Source of the DNA: Tubiluchus corallicola
Taxonomy: Eukaryota; Animalia; Priapulida
NCBI GenBank assembly: GCA_030141605.1
Contig: JAQGDQ010000250.1
Coordinates: 124,001-188,000 of the forward strand
Reading direction: 5' to 3'
DNA length: 64,000 nucleotides
Of this stretch, positions 14,131 through 26,658 are shown one piece after another; position 1 is the stretch's first letter; every line of letters starts with the position of its first letter. The position numbers and the translations under genes were made by a program. The notes below the pieces were generated by a model. It saw nothing but the letters and a program-made list of their open reading frames with translations. It searched no databases and was not told the origin of the DNA.

Positions 14131-14697
14131 AGTTCTAAGCAATTTAAAGGCCAACAGATATTGAAGTTTTTTACGCATTATTATGTTTACACAAAGAATT
14201 CATAGTTATTATTAAACAAAAGAAACTTATGCATTAAATAGCATTAAATAAGTTACCTTTTTCTGGCGAATTTCAAATACGTGCATTGCCATGTTTCGCA
14301 TCTTCGATGCAGGACAATGACATACGAGGTACAGAAAGCGTCTTTGGTCACAGAAGTTTGCTTACCGACCTTTGGTGACCTCTAGGCAGCATTCAATACG
14401 CCATTGGTCTCGCACAACGAAAATGGCAGTTCTTCAAATTTAATAACAACGCTAACAACGAAGTGATAAAAAAATCAAAAGAAACAAGTTTTACAGTAAG
14501 TTTATAATAAAATCAATTGAATAGCCGTAATGAAAGTATAATTTTAAGTCGTAAAAGCTTATATTATAGTGAGGATTCAGTTTGGCATTTATGACCTAGA
14601 TTCGCTATGACTGCTACTGACATGAGAAACTAAATAACTGGTTGCATAAAATCAGTTACAGAAGGAACAGTAAATTCAGTTGGTGACAGTCACTTAC

Positions 14698-14755
14698 TTG
14701 CAATTATTGATACAACTGGCATCACTGTCATATTCGTCTGAGGCATCACAGCAAT
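14698..14755 (-). CDS. PRKCSH: PRKCSH exon 4
   Basis: DCCDASDEYDSDASCINNCK; CAG acceptor, GTAAGT donor; 58 nt, in frame. Confidence 0.94.
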
Positions 14756-14966
14756 CTGAAAACATTGAGACACGAAAAAAACTAAAATTAAACCATTTCT
14801 GATTTTACGCTACTTTACAGTACATGTATGTTGTGTAGTATATAATCAATAAGTATGTGTAAACCAATCAATTTCATATGTTTGACATTCTCCACCATCA
14901 TATTTTTCAAAATTTCAGCTAAACTAACACAACTACTCAAAATCACAACAATATTAGGCATATTCT

Positions 14967-15303
14967 CAGGGCCAGATTATGACCTTTTTGGGCCCGTGGG
15001 CTAATGAAATTATGAGGCCACCCTCTAACTAGCCTGCACCCATCTTGAATATTTTTTACTCGTGATATATTTTAGCGCCATTTACATAGCTTGAAGTAAA
15101 GTTATTGTAAATTCATTAAATAAACTAGAATAACTATCTTTCGTTTGTCAATAAAAATATTCTTTAAGAAATATCACTATTAAAAACTAAATTAGCACAT
15201 ATTTTAACAAAACCGTAGTGAAAAGAATACATTTTTTACCAAAAGTTACCAAAGCTTGAGAAGCCCTGGGCTCCAGCCTAGCTTATAGAACAATCTGGTC
15301 CTG
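14967..15303. mobile_element. hAT-type MITE
   Basis: TIR CAGGGCCAGATT/AATCTGGTCCTG; 8-bp TSD CATATTCT/CTTATTCT (7 of 8 identical). Confidence 0.75.
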
Positions 15304-15645
15304 CTTATTCTACTTCACTACCAAACTTCATAACATGTGACACTTTTCGTTTAATTTTTGTTGAGTTACACGAACAGAAAAATAACGTTAGGGCAGTACA
15401 TGACACTCAGCGATGGTTGACGGTTAAAGGCCGAACTAAACAGCCTTAAAGCGTAATGCACCATATAAAAGCCCACAGCAGTGTAAGCTGATCAGTTTTC
15501 TAATCATCTTTCACAGTGTACAAAGATGCCAGCTTACTGCTAAAGTGCTGATAGCCACTGTTGGTACCATCGATAGGCTCTTATCTTTTGTTCAAATTTT
15601 AAACTAGAATGAGGCGGATATGAATACTTTGAATACATCACTCAC

Positions 15646-15741
15646 CACATATTCCATCATTTACCCGAGCTGAAGGAATATATTTGGGCACATAACCAGC
15701 ATTTGTGCAATGAAAATGCCCGTGGGGACAAGCAGACGTGC
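15646..15741 (-). CDS. PRKCSH: PRKCSH exon 3
   Basis: [32 protein letters not shown]; AG acceptor, GTGAG donor; 96 nt. Confidence 0.96.
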
Positions 15742-15849
15742 CTAAAAAACAAAACAAACATAACAACCGTACGATACGTGCTTATTTTGTGGTCAAATAT
15801 TAACTAAATGTATGAAAGGAGGAACTTAAATGTGATAATCAGTTAACCT

Positions 15850-16260
15850 TCCACCAACCTGCATGGCGTTAAATTGGACCGATGAAGTGGGTCATCTGGG
15901 TCAAAAACTAACAATGAACATTAATGAAATTAGGGATGTTGTAAGATGTAAAAAGATTTTATTTCGTCTGTTAATACTATTTTGTGCTCCTTTAAGTCAG
16001 TGACACATAACCGACACAGGTTACCGAATAATGCTTAAATTGTTTCATGCTTACTGCTGCTCCGTTTATGGATGTTCAATTAACGATTTATCAAAGAACT
16101 ATATGTCGACGTTATTTACTGAATATAGAAAAGCATTGAGGCAAATCTTAAACTTGCCTAGAAACTCTCATTCCAGCATGACATTGAGTATTGCTGATAC
16201 ATATCCTCTACTCTTCCCATAAGCAAATTTCAAAGCTCTATTGTAACATAAATTTATCTG
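15850..16260 (+). mobile_element. Decayed non-LTR retrotransposon RT C-terminal fragment
   Basis: LNWTDEVGHLG and LFHAYCCSVYG...RKALRQILNLPRNSHS, typical post-RT motifs, frameshifted. Confidence 0.6.
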
Positions 16261-16385
16261 TTAATCTGTTCTGGACTTTGCATAATAAAAATGTAATTGG
16301 TTTCATAATGTATATACCAATGTAAACAGCATTACTGACCCTATTATATATTACATGTAATGCAATCATTATGGGTTAATAAAGA

Positions 16386-16437
<52 letters not shown>

Positions 16438-19217
16438 TGCACCAATCTAGTGGTCCCTGTCAATACTTTTCTTTTTTACATTGTAAGTGTTTTTAAAAGC
16501 TGCTATCAGTTAATTCTTAAATTGTCTATTTTGGTTCAGATGTGATATAACCATCTTGTTTATTTGGGCGATTGCTCATTATTCGCGTCAAATTATTAAT
16601 GTATTTTTGTGGCACAATGCCTTTGAATTATTTAATAGGTAGTTGAAAATTAAATTTTGTGAGAAAATTGCATACTCCTGCACATTGAAAATTCCAAAGC
16701 TGTATTGCTATGAAAAATAACAGTCAAGTAACTTTAAGATTAAAATTTGGTTGTACTGTAGATCTAAACGAAAATTTAAAATGTATTTGTAAGCTGTATA
16801 TTTTTATGCGAAATAAACTCATAATACTAATTGCTGAAAAACAAAGGACATAGATATTGATTTCGCATTACAGGACACTCTATTATAGGAAAATAAGAGC
16901 AACTAATGTGCATACTTAGCAATAAATTTAAGAAGCATCAGACCTGATTAGTAAACTGGTGGGTGACTCCCAGCAGAGCCAGGAACATTGTTTCTGAGCG
17001 ATTCACCAGTTTATTAATCTCATCTTTAGGATGTGTTCATGATAATGAGGTGGATTACAATCCCGTCGAAATCAAGAAAATAAAGGCGAGATCCTGTCAC
17101 TGAATGCTAAATACTGGACTCATTTTACAGATGTATCTGTGTTAATGAGCTGGGCTACAGTCCTGCCACAAGTCCCCAAAACCACCATCATAAAACAAAA
17201 TTCAGCCATTAAATACTAAGAATGGGTTTGCAGCAGGCTGAACATTATAAAAAATAATGGAATTAACTGTATGTTACAACTCTTGTTGTCGAAAACCAAA
17301 ACGTAACGCTGAATTGTTCCGTTTTTTTTAGTGTTAGAAGTATAGCTACGTATTCATAAGCAGGTTTGAAAAGTTGAATAAGACCATCCTGCTCTAAAGA
17401 AAGGCAATTATGCTGGCTACTAACCAGAAAGTAATAAAAGAATAGCTATTACAAATAGCTTTAATCTACATACATTAGTCGTACTTATTGTTTTGTGCTT
17501 TAGTTTACAAATGTGTACAATAGGTTAACCAGTTGCGTACATACTGGCGCGTCTACTGGTAACTAAGGAAACACGGATCACAGGTGTGGGACCCGCTGAA
17601 ATTAAGTGAGTACAAACAGGAACGTACTGCCCTAACAATGATGTCACTCTCGATCGGCTTCTCTTCCTCGGTTATACGACACTGGTCAAATTTCGCTGCA
17701 CACAGAAGAGGGCAAATATTGCAAATAACAGAGACAATACCGCCTCTCAATTGTAGCTGTGAACCGCTGAACGGACACAGATGGGCTGCCGTCAGAAATG
17801 CACTAAGTTGAAAGCGTGGCCCGACGAGTGTGGCGAGTTTCTCGGATTCGGTTTCGACCGGGGAGAATCCGAGCATCGTTTGGGAGAGCTTGGTTACTTG
17901 CTGGCAGATGACACAGTGACAAAGAGATAATAGCCAGCACTGAACCAATGTTACAACTAAGAACTGAGTGAGATTAATGTTGCAATGCTGCTAACACTGC
18001 TCACAGCTTTGGCCACAATCAAGAAAAACGACCGAAAGAAAATGACTGTTAATAAAAAAGTTGTTCAAACGTTATAAATCATGTAAACGCACGAAAATAA
18101 TATTAAATTAGAAAGTTTAAAAAAAATTACAGACTAAAAAATCATATGTCTCTTGCGATTTTACACGTTTCTGTAGTTTTCGTTCCAGCTGAGACAACCA
18201 CGAAAATAAGAAAAAGGGGTGTTAAGAGACAGTAAGCCATTTATTCTCTTTTTTCCCAAATTTTCACTTCTACTTTGTTTATGTACACAAAATGGCTCTA
18301 GATGTTTTTTGTCGGCATTAATTATGTTAATTCTTGCATCCTAGTCTTCATAGTATATATATATATATATACTACTATATTATATATATATATATATTAT
18401 AATATATATATTACTATATTATTATTATATATATTACATATTATTATATATTACTATATATATAAAAACATCTGGTGTCATTGAAGGATGGTATATATAC
18501 ATATATATCTCATCCTTCAATTTATAACTCATTTGCATAAGGTAGTACAAATGCATTACAATTATGCTTGCGACACACACAAGCATAATATGTAGCTACA
18601 ATAAGAAAATGGCATTCAGACAACCATGATCAAAGGACCCCATTTTAAAATCAAACTGATACATCCCATAAATAAAACACAAAATATTATTTTTTGCCTG
18701 GCAAAGATTTTAATTTGAATGGAAACCATTGTTGTGCGCTGTGCTTACACAGGTACCGGGGAGAAAGTTATGGCGCCAGACTTTGCCCAAACAAAAACAA
18801 ATAGCGAAAAGCGTCCAGGCTAAAAGGTACAATTTGGGAGGCACTTAATGCAACCCAGGTTTATATTTGCACAGCCAACAATTGAGCTGCACTGGACACA
18901 TGCCCAATGTTGTTGCTAAAATATAAACTGAAATGGATAGTCGATTAAGACCAGGTTATGTCGTAACTGAAATAACAATTGACACCTGCCAAAACCACTA
19001 CCAATAATACTTCCAAGCATTGCATATATTAAAGATAAAGCACAAATGCCAGGAATGCTGAAAACTGTCCAGTGATACAAAGATTGCCAAAGCAACTTTT
19101 GCTAGTGCAAAATTAAAAAAAGATATTTTTAAAAGGGACAAAAATGTTGGCACAAAAGCACAACATAATAGATTGAAGTGGAAACTGAGCAAAATGCAGT
19201 ATGACCAATATAATTCA

Positions 19218-19841
19218 TTAAGGAAAATAGGATGATTTTTCACATACTACCCCATTTTCAAGTTCGATAAAAAGTATATATTTCAACACAATTAATACAG
19301 CAAAAGCGTTTCTGATAATTAAATAATGGATTAAAAACTTAACGAATGGCGGGCGAGCACAACTATTGATGACATCACAAACTAACATAATTTTTAACAG
19401 CAAAAACATTCCACGAGCGTGCTGCACGTGTTTGCAAAAGCGAAAATTGAAGTACAGTGTTACTGTAACATATTCAGTGTGTTGTACTAAAACTAAGCAA
19501 GTTTTAAGATAAAAATTTGAGTTTCAAATTTACCGCTGTGTTTACGCACGAGCTGTCGGATGTGTGTAGTTCATCACAAACTAACACATCTGAATTGAGA
19601 GGCACAGCACCTATTTTTGTGCAAAGCATTTCCAAAATGCAGGCGCTAATGCCCGTCTAACTGGTGAATGGCGAAATGCATGTAATAGCAAAAAACTAGT
19701 GGCACAAACGTGAAATTGTGTTTGTGTGGTAATAATTCTTTCACGTAGGTCATTTTTGAAAAAAATTGTGTTTACTTTCAATACTTTAAAGAATAGGTTG
19801 TTTTGACTTAAAGTTTAAGATCGAGTCCGGTTTTGCTTTAA
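19218..19841 (-). mobile_element. TTAA-flanked Kolobok-like MITE, copy A
   Basis: TTAA at both ends; short TIR-like termini (GGAAAATAGG...CCGGTTTTGCT); homologous to 20370-20988 and 44793-45286. Confidence 0.65.
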
Positions 19842-20369
19842 ATTCCCCAAAACCAAATAACGTGTTGCTCCCAAAGAATCTCACAGAGAAGCAGCTCTGA
19901 GAACAGATGTACGAGTATAACAATACAGTATGAAATACCCTCTCATATACAATAACTGCAGAGTATATGAAAAATCAATCTGCCAATAAGTAGCTGTTTA
20001 TTGTTCAACATGGCATTTATTAAGTGCAGACGATTGTTTTGACAGCAACTGTCATTATCTATGCTAAACATCAAGCCAAAACAAATAACACATAAATAAT
20101 GATTTGTTTTTTCTCTGAAGATGAAACTGCAACATAAATGTAAAATAGTATAAATAAGTACATCTTTAAAAACAGCAATGCACATAAGGAATTTCAAAAC
20201 AGTTTACAAACTAAAAATACCGTCAGTAGCTGCTCTTACACAGTGTTTTAAATTTGAACTTAATGTTTTACAAGAATATCAACATGAATTGAGCAAGACC
20301 AAATAATCTGAAATTTGGCAGTTTCCATCACCTGACAACAAATAGAGTCTAAATGATGAGGAATAATCT

Positions 20370-20988
20370 TTAAAGCAAAACCGGTCCCAATGTTAAACTG
20401 TAGGTCAAAACAACCTATTCTCTAAAACATTGACAGAAAACACACTGTTTTTTAAAGAATGACTTACATGAAAAAATTATTACCATACAAACACAATTTC
20501 GCATTCACACCACTAGTTCTTCACTGTAACATGCATTTCACCATTCCCTAGTTAGATGAGCACTAGCGCCTGTATTTCAGAAACATGTTGCGCAATTGCT
20601 GTACCTCTCAGTTCAGATGTGTTAGTTTGTGACGAACTGCACACATTCTACAGTTCATGTGTAAGTACAGCGGTAAATTTGAAATTTGATTTTTTATCTT
20701 ATAACTAGCCGAGTTTTAATACAACACATTGAATCTCTTACAGTAGCACATTACTCAAACTTTCGTTTTCGTAAACACGTTGAACACACTCATGGAAAGT
20801 TTTTGATGTTGAAAATTATGTTAGTTTGTGGTGTCATCACTAGCTGGACTCCTCCAATCGCTAAATTAGATTTTGATCTATTATATAACTATCAGAAATG
20901 TTTTTACTGTATCATTAGTGTTAAAATGTATACTTTTATCTTACTCAAAAATGGGATAATCTATGAGAAATCATCGTGTCTTTTTTAT
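20370..20988 (+). mobile_element. TTAA-flanked Kolobok-like MITE, copy B (inverted relative to A)
   Basis: Starts TTAA-AGCAAAACCGG; reverse complement of copy A along about 620 bp, with divergence. Confidence 0.65.
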
Positions 20989-21237
20989 CAACTACCTTCT
21001 ATCAATAGCAAATTATAGTTTTATGAATTCTATTTCCCTGAACCAACATATAAACTTTTGCTTATCCATTGTTGCCCTTTATACCGAATGGCTATTGGTC
21101 TTTTTCATGATGATTTATGAAAAACACACGCAGTGTTTTCTAGGCATGACAACATTTTGTCTCATTGAAGGCCAAAGGCAAGTTCCCAAAAGCATGCGCA
21201 ACCAGACTTTTGCCAATTACAGCTAATTACTACATAC

Positions 21238-21354
21238 CTGGTTCATCACTGGCATCGGCACAATCACAGTAGTCGTCGTTCACATATTGAAACGGTATTA
21301 CATTGGACCCATCAATACATCGAAAATCTTCTTCTGCATTATACAGAGGTAATT
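21238..21354 (-). CDS. PRKCSH: PRKCSH exon 2 (LDLa-like G2B domain)
   Basis: LPLYNAEEDFRCIDGSNVIPFQYVNDDYCDCADASDEP matches the PRKCSH motif VNDDYCDCxDxSDEPG; ttcAG acceptor, GTATGT donor; 117 nt. Confidence 0.96.
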
Positions 21355-24300
21355 CTGAAAAAAAAGGTGTGTCTTAGTAGAGAAACGACAAGGGATAATC
21401 CCATATGTAAATGTGAAAATGCACCAATATATGCTATGTGCACTAGATACTTAGCTTGAGATTCAGATGTACAGGGTGGTACATAACTTTTTGCTAGGGG
21501 GCATAAAAACAGCAAGTAATAGCACAGAACAATTTATTACGTCAAAGTACATGATGAAACAGTAACTAAAAAATCTATTACGGTCTCAATATTTAGTGGG
21601 GAAGCTTTGCGCATCTCAAACAACCTAAATACTTGATGGATGTGAATATAGCAGAAACTTGAAAGCACTGCAATTGTTTTTCTTGATGAAACTGAATGGC
21701 CTAGAAGTTAGCCCACCTCACTGCCACCCCACAAAACACACTGGAGCCTATCCAGAAAGACACACTGACAGCTGAAACTAAGGTGATCCAAAAACGTGCT
21801 ACTAATTCGTATTCAAAAGTTAAGCAAAAGTTGGTATTCTAAGACAATATTATGCAAGACATGTTGAAGGACCTTGAGTTTCACAGTGATCTCTGCCCCA
21901 ACACCTTCAAGATCGCAGTCTGTGCAAGACTGTCTTACTTACTATTTGAGCATGATAGATTCTCTACTGTTTCAGCAATAAATTGTTCTGTACTATTACT
22001 AATTGTTTTTGTAACCGCTAGCAAAAGATTATGTACCATCCTGTACTTCATCACGCAGCCGGAGCAATGTGAACGGATAATTTCTGTGTAGAATTAAACA
22101 TTTACTATAGATTAATTAAAATGTTTACAACACTTTCACAAGCTGCTTATCCTTCTTCAGTAGGCATTACAAGTTCATGAAAAGTTTCGGAATTAAAAGT
22201 CAATCTAACAAAATATAAAGTAATTAAACTCAAATGACATCAACACCACACACAAACAACAAATAAGTGACAAACAACTGCAACAACATAATCGCTTTCC
22301 ACCCAGTAAAATGTACATGTTGTTCATCACTTCATTAAATCGTGTTAGCAACCTGCTTTTTTAGTTTTACTTGCACAGCTTAACTGTTAAACTTTGTTCT
22401 GTGAAAGATTCTGAGAATCAAATACAGACAAAATGAAAAGACATCGTTGCCAGATCATTTATTATTCTTTACCACAGCTTGCAGTGTAACATTTAGTCAA
22501 TCACAATATTCTTTATCATCTTCGCAATAACATGTATGATGGCAGTTTAAGGCACACTGGTCCGGATGTCACCTAAAGTTTGCACTAACACGGAACATAT
22601 TACTCAATGGTGTTTGCTATGACTTATGTCACTTAATTTAAGTAAAACTGAAGTTACTGTGTTTAAGAGCTCCTTAATACTAAAGGTCCCAAAAGTTGGA
22701 GGTTGTTCAATGCAAGGTTTTGGCCTTATGTCCAGATCTTCTTTTGACTTCTAGTGTGGAAATATTGGAGGTTGCTAAGGGCGTGCTTCTGAACTTGATG
22801 TTAAAAAGCTTACAAACATTTAATCTTAGCCATTATCTAGTCTTTTGAAACAACAACTAGAAAATTTTAAAGCAGTTAATATCCAGGGTAATGTCAAATT
22901 TGATTCTCCTCTGGCAAGGGAGGTTGAGAAAAATGCGAATGTTATAATTTCCCAATAGGACCCGAAAATTGACTTCGACTTAAATAACAATTTTATAGAT
23001 ATTCCTTTGAATAAACCTAATTATTGACATGTACTGAAAATCTTCAAAGAATAGATCAGAAGAGCTGGAACAACTTGGAAAAGACTTGGTCTGCATAGTC
23101 TTCCAGATAATATCCTTTTTGCATTTAGAGATGGTTCCTGTGCTGACAACCCTGGACCATGTGGAGCAGGGAACAATAGTTTATTCACATTTTCAGAAAT
23201 TTTGCCAGACCAGTAAACTAGTACCTTTGCATGGTTCAATCTTGTTAGCTAAGCTATTCAGTACATTTGATGTTTCAAAGTCAGTTGCAGAACAATTAAT
23301 TTTTATAGTTACAAATATTAAAAATGTAACTTTTTTGACAATCAGTATTCAGTAGGCATTATATCTCTAGACTGGACTTGTAACTGTTATACTGCAAGAT
23401 TTATGTAACTATTATACTAATTATAGTATAATTAATATAAAAATTATGTTGAATTTCTTTCTAGTATTGATTGATTGATTACTGGATATTCATGTTAAAT
23501 TTTTATGAGTTCCTAGTCATTATTGTAATCTTATTGGAAATGATCTTGCTGATTCCTTGGCTAAAAAAACTGCCAATGATACTCAATTCATGAATACGAA
23601 TTTCTGTATTTACATCTTGCAAGATGTCAGGAATGAAAGCCGAAAATTTTACTTCATGACCAGCAGTTTCGGTGGAATCACTCTTCAAATGGTAGATTCT
23701 TATATAATTTGCGTGCTTCCATGACCTTTAAACAAAGGCTTGATTTTCTGACAAAACTCCAGTCCTTTAAACTTCTTCAAGTATGTATCGGCTACTCTAC
23801 ACTCTACTTTTACCTTCATAAGTTTGGAAGCATTAATTCTACACTCTGTGATTGAGGTTCATCTACAGAACGTTTTTGTCTGAGTGTGTACTTTCTTCCA
23901 GAGTAAGGAATATCTGTTATAGAACATTGGTTGACATACTGACTTATTTAAATTTCAAGTTGGTAGATAAAAATTATATTATCATGAGAAGATCCGAACT
24001 CAAAAGATTTTGATGCAGTAATATAGAGATCTAAGGGTTGAGTAAAGTGTCTGCGTACATATATTTTGTCTATAGACTTTAATATGGAGATGTGAATTTA
24101 AAAATAGTGCCATCTATAAAGCATTTTCATCTTTTCAACTGATGGTTGCTTTTAAAACTTCTGCTAAAACTAAAAACTATCTTGCCATATATACTTTTTC
24201 TGGACCTCATAGGGTTTTTAACAGTACTATCAGCAGTGCTTGCACGGCTTGTTGGAGTTTTTGCAATCCTTTGAGTGAAGTTTGGTACGCTAAATGAAAA

Positions 24301-24456
24301 TGATCCATTACAAATGTATTTTGATAATAGCGGCCGATCTATACTGCATAACTAAATGTACAGAACTAAGAGACCAAAACGATAAATTACACATAATGCG
24401 ACTCGTTATTATGCATTTTTATGAAAGTCAATTTTTAAATCCTCAGAACCACTTAC

Positions 24457-24598
24457 TACTAAGAGGCACTCCTTTAGGTCGGGGTACATGAGGAGCAATC
24501 ACAATTCTTTCTATAGCACTAAACAGAATGTATATAAATAAGTAAAATGATAAATTTGAAATAACACTAATAACTGGGTAACCGCTGGGCGCAGCCAT
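24457..24598 (-). CDS. PRKCSH: PRKCSH (glucosidase II beta subunit) coding exon 1, signal peptide
   Basis: AAAATGG start; MAAPSGYPVISVISNLSFYLFIYILFSAIERIVIAPHVPRPKGVPLS, ending in RPKGV like the RPRGV of PRKCSH; GTAAGT donor; 142 nt, phase 1. Confidence 0.88.
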
Positions 24599-24755
24599 TT
24601 TGGATTACATAGTCAAAAATGGCATTCTATGATTGGACAATCGGGGGCCACGTGGTAGGACATGTGCGATGTTGTTGATTACGAACAGGTCAAAGGCCGG
24701 CGGGTGCAAAGTCCTTGCTGTATGGGATTTGACATTAGTTTAGATAAAAACTGGG
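24599..24755. promoter_or_regulatory. Compact bidirectional promoter between PRKCSH and ILVBL
   Basis: 157 bp between divergent ATGs; ATTGG (CCAAT box) 24632-24636, GCCACGTGG 24647-24655, DR1-like AGGTCAAAGGCCG 24687-24699. Confidence 0.7.
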
Positions 24756-24887
24756 ATGGCTGACAATTGGTACGCTGTTTTGCGTTTTATATCGCACTGT
24801 GTGATAGACAATTGGCTGCTTTTAGCTCTGGGAATACCAACTCTGAGTATGGCGTGGTTGCTGCGTAGATTCAATGTCTTGTATCGG
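24756..24887 (+). CDS. ILVBL: ILVBL/HACL2 exon 1 (N-terminal membrane anchor)
   Basis: GGGATGG start; MADNWYAVLRFISHCVIDNWLLLALGIPTLSMAWLLRRFNVLYR with a hydrophobic stretch; GTATGT donor; 132 nt. Confidence 0.8.
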
Positions 24888-25216
24888 GTATGTCTAGTTC
24901 TCTATGGATTCTAGGTTAACAAAATAATTATTGTCGTGGCATACACGAACTGTAGATTGATGAAAACCTTGTATTACCACTGTTTTGTATCAGTCCCAAA
25001 ACGTTTATATTTACTGATGACTAAGTTTACTGACGCAAATGACTAAGTTTTGAGCTCTCCACTCCAGTGCTCAGTTCTACGTCTTTTGTCTTCCAATATA
25101 ATTTATGTAACCAATTAAGCTAAGACCACTTAGTAGTTTGCAAAATTAAGTGTAGCATGATATCAAATGGGTATATCTCACAATTTTATAGTTTTTATTC
25201 TTATTGTATATTTCAG

Positions 25217-25316
25217 ATGATGCACAGACCTGATGTTGATTCAGCAAGACATGGTGGTGAAGTAGTAGCAGAGCTTCTAAAGCAACATGGAACAAAATTT
25301 GTCTTTACTTTACCTG
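25217..25316 (+). CDS. ILVBL: ILVBL exon 2
   Basis: MMHRPDVDSARHGGEVVAELLKQHGTKFVFTLP, the TPP-enzyme N-domain start; CAG acceptor, GTAAAT donor. Confidence 0.93.
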
Positions 25317-26384
25317 GTAAATAATAAGGCTAAAGTTTACAATTTCCCTTGCACAAGAAATTAGGCTTGGATTAGAATTAGGGTTTGGGTTAGGGTTAGG
25401 GTATTTATATTTGTATTTCAATTGTAAACTCCTTTCACAAAAAATTATCATCAGTTACAGTAGAATCCTCTTAAGAAATCCAGCTGCTCATTGTAGCCGC
25501 TGTTGCTGGAATGGAACTGTATAATACTTTAACATAGCAAGATCTGCCGTTTATTAAATGTAACTTCACTTTATATCCATCTTGCACACTGTGAATAGAA
25601 GAAAATTGTAATGTAAAGCCACACAATTGTCCCACATTGTGCACATGAGAACATAGACTCAAATAATTGAATGCTGAAAGATACGTGTATTTTTTAAGCA
25701 TGCAGGTTATCACATATAAAAGGTTATGGCATCACAGATAAACAGTACGTACTAACTTTACGCGAGTTACTTTAATCATCTGAATGCTAATAAATTATTG
25801 CACTTTACTTAAAAACTTTTCGCAAGCAGTTTGCTGAATGCTAAGTGTATTGGCTTCATAAATAAACACTACACACGGTATTAACGTAAAAAATGTTTAC
25901 CCTTGATACTACTTCTGTCTCTTCGATTTATAAATCCAGCTGCTTAATAAATCCATTTAGCTTCATACCAAGATGGATTTATTAAGCGGCATATGCTGTA
26001 TGTAAATAATTACTTTTGACAAACAGTTCCTGTTATAAATGAATTCACAATTCAGTGTCATTTAATAATTGTATTGATCTGTTATATTGGCAGTTCCGTA
26101 ACTGTCTTATTGATTATAATCAAGCTTACTGGTGCCGTGTACGTCACTCCAAAAACATTTGTGCAAACTGAGTCATGTTGAACACATTTACTGAGAACTA
26201 TAGCAGCACATTCAGATGTCATGAAATAGAAAATGTAGCAAAATGTCTTTGAAATAATGTTTGTCTGCTTTGCACAGATTACTGTTAACTGAGAAAAACA
26301 AAAAGATTATGTCTGTAGCTAAACAAGCCAAAAAAGTTTAGGTAGCTTTGCTATCACTAATTGCTGCATTCTTGTTTGTTACAG

Positions 26385-26455
26385 GTGGACACATTTCCCC
26401 TATTCTTGTAGCCTGCGAAAAACTGGGTATCAGAGTAATTGATACAAGACATGAG
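26385..26455 (+). CDS. ILVBL: ILVBL exon 3
   Basis: [24 protein letters not shown], including the catalytic Glu of RHE; CAG acceptor, GTAAGA donor. Confidence 0.95.
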
Positions 26456-26658
26456 GTAAGATTACACAAAACACAATCATGAGATTTTTCTTCAAAAAGT
26501 ATGATGTCAAATGCTTATAATTACATAATACTTTTCTTTTTTTAATTTAAATGTCCATCAAATAGCATTTAAAACATGATTATAATGATGGGATATCTTG
26601 ACTTTATTAACTTAGAAGCTTTCTGTTAATGATGTCATGTATGTTTTCTAACTTGCAG

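Noticed and set aside
24632-24655. Canonical ERSE element
   Set aside because: Spacing and orientation fit neither CCAAT-N9-CCACG nor ATTGG-N1-CCACG.
25378-25401. Interstitial telomere (TTAGGG)n
   Set aside because: Only 3-4 imperfect units; such tracts are common inside small non-autonomous elements.
26629-26658. ORF-track start [10 protein letters not shown] for ILVBL
   Set aside because: It is intronic; the acceptor TTGCAG ends at 26658 and upstream exons supply the N-terminus.
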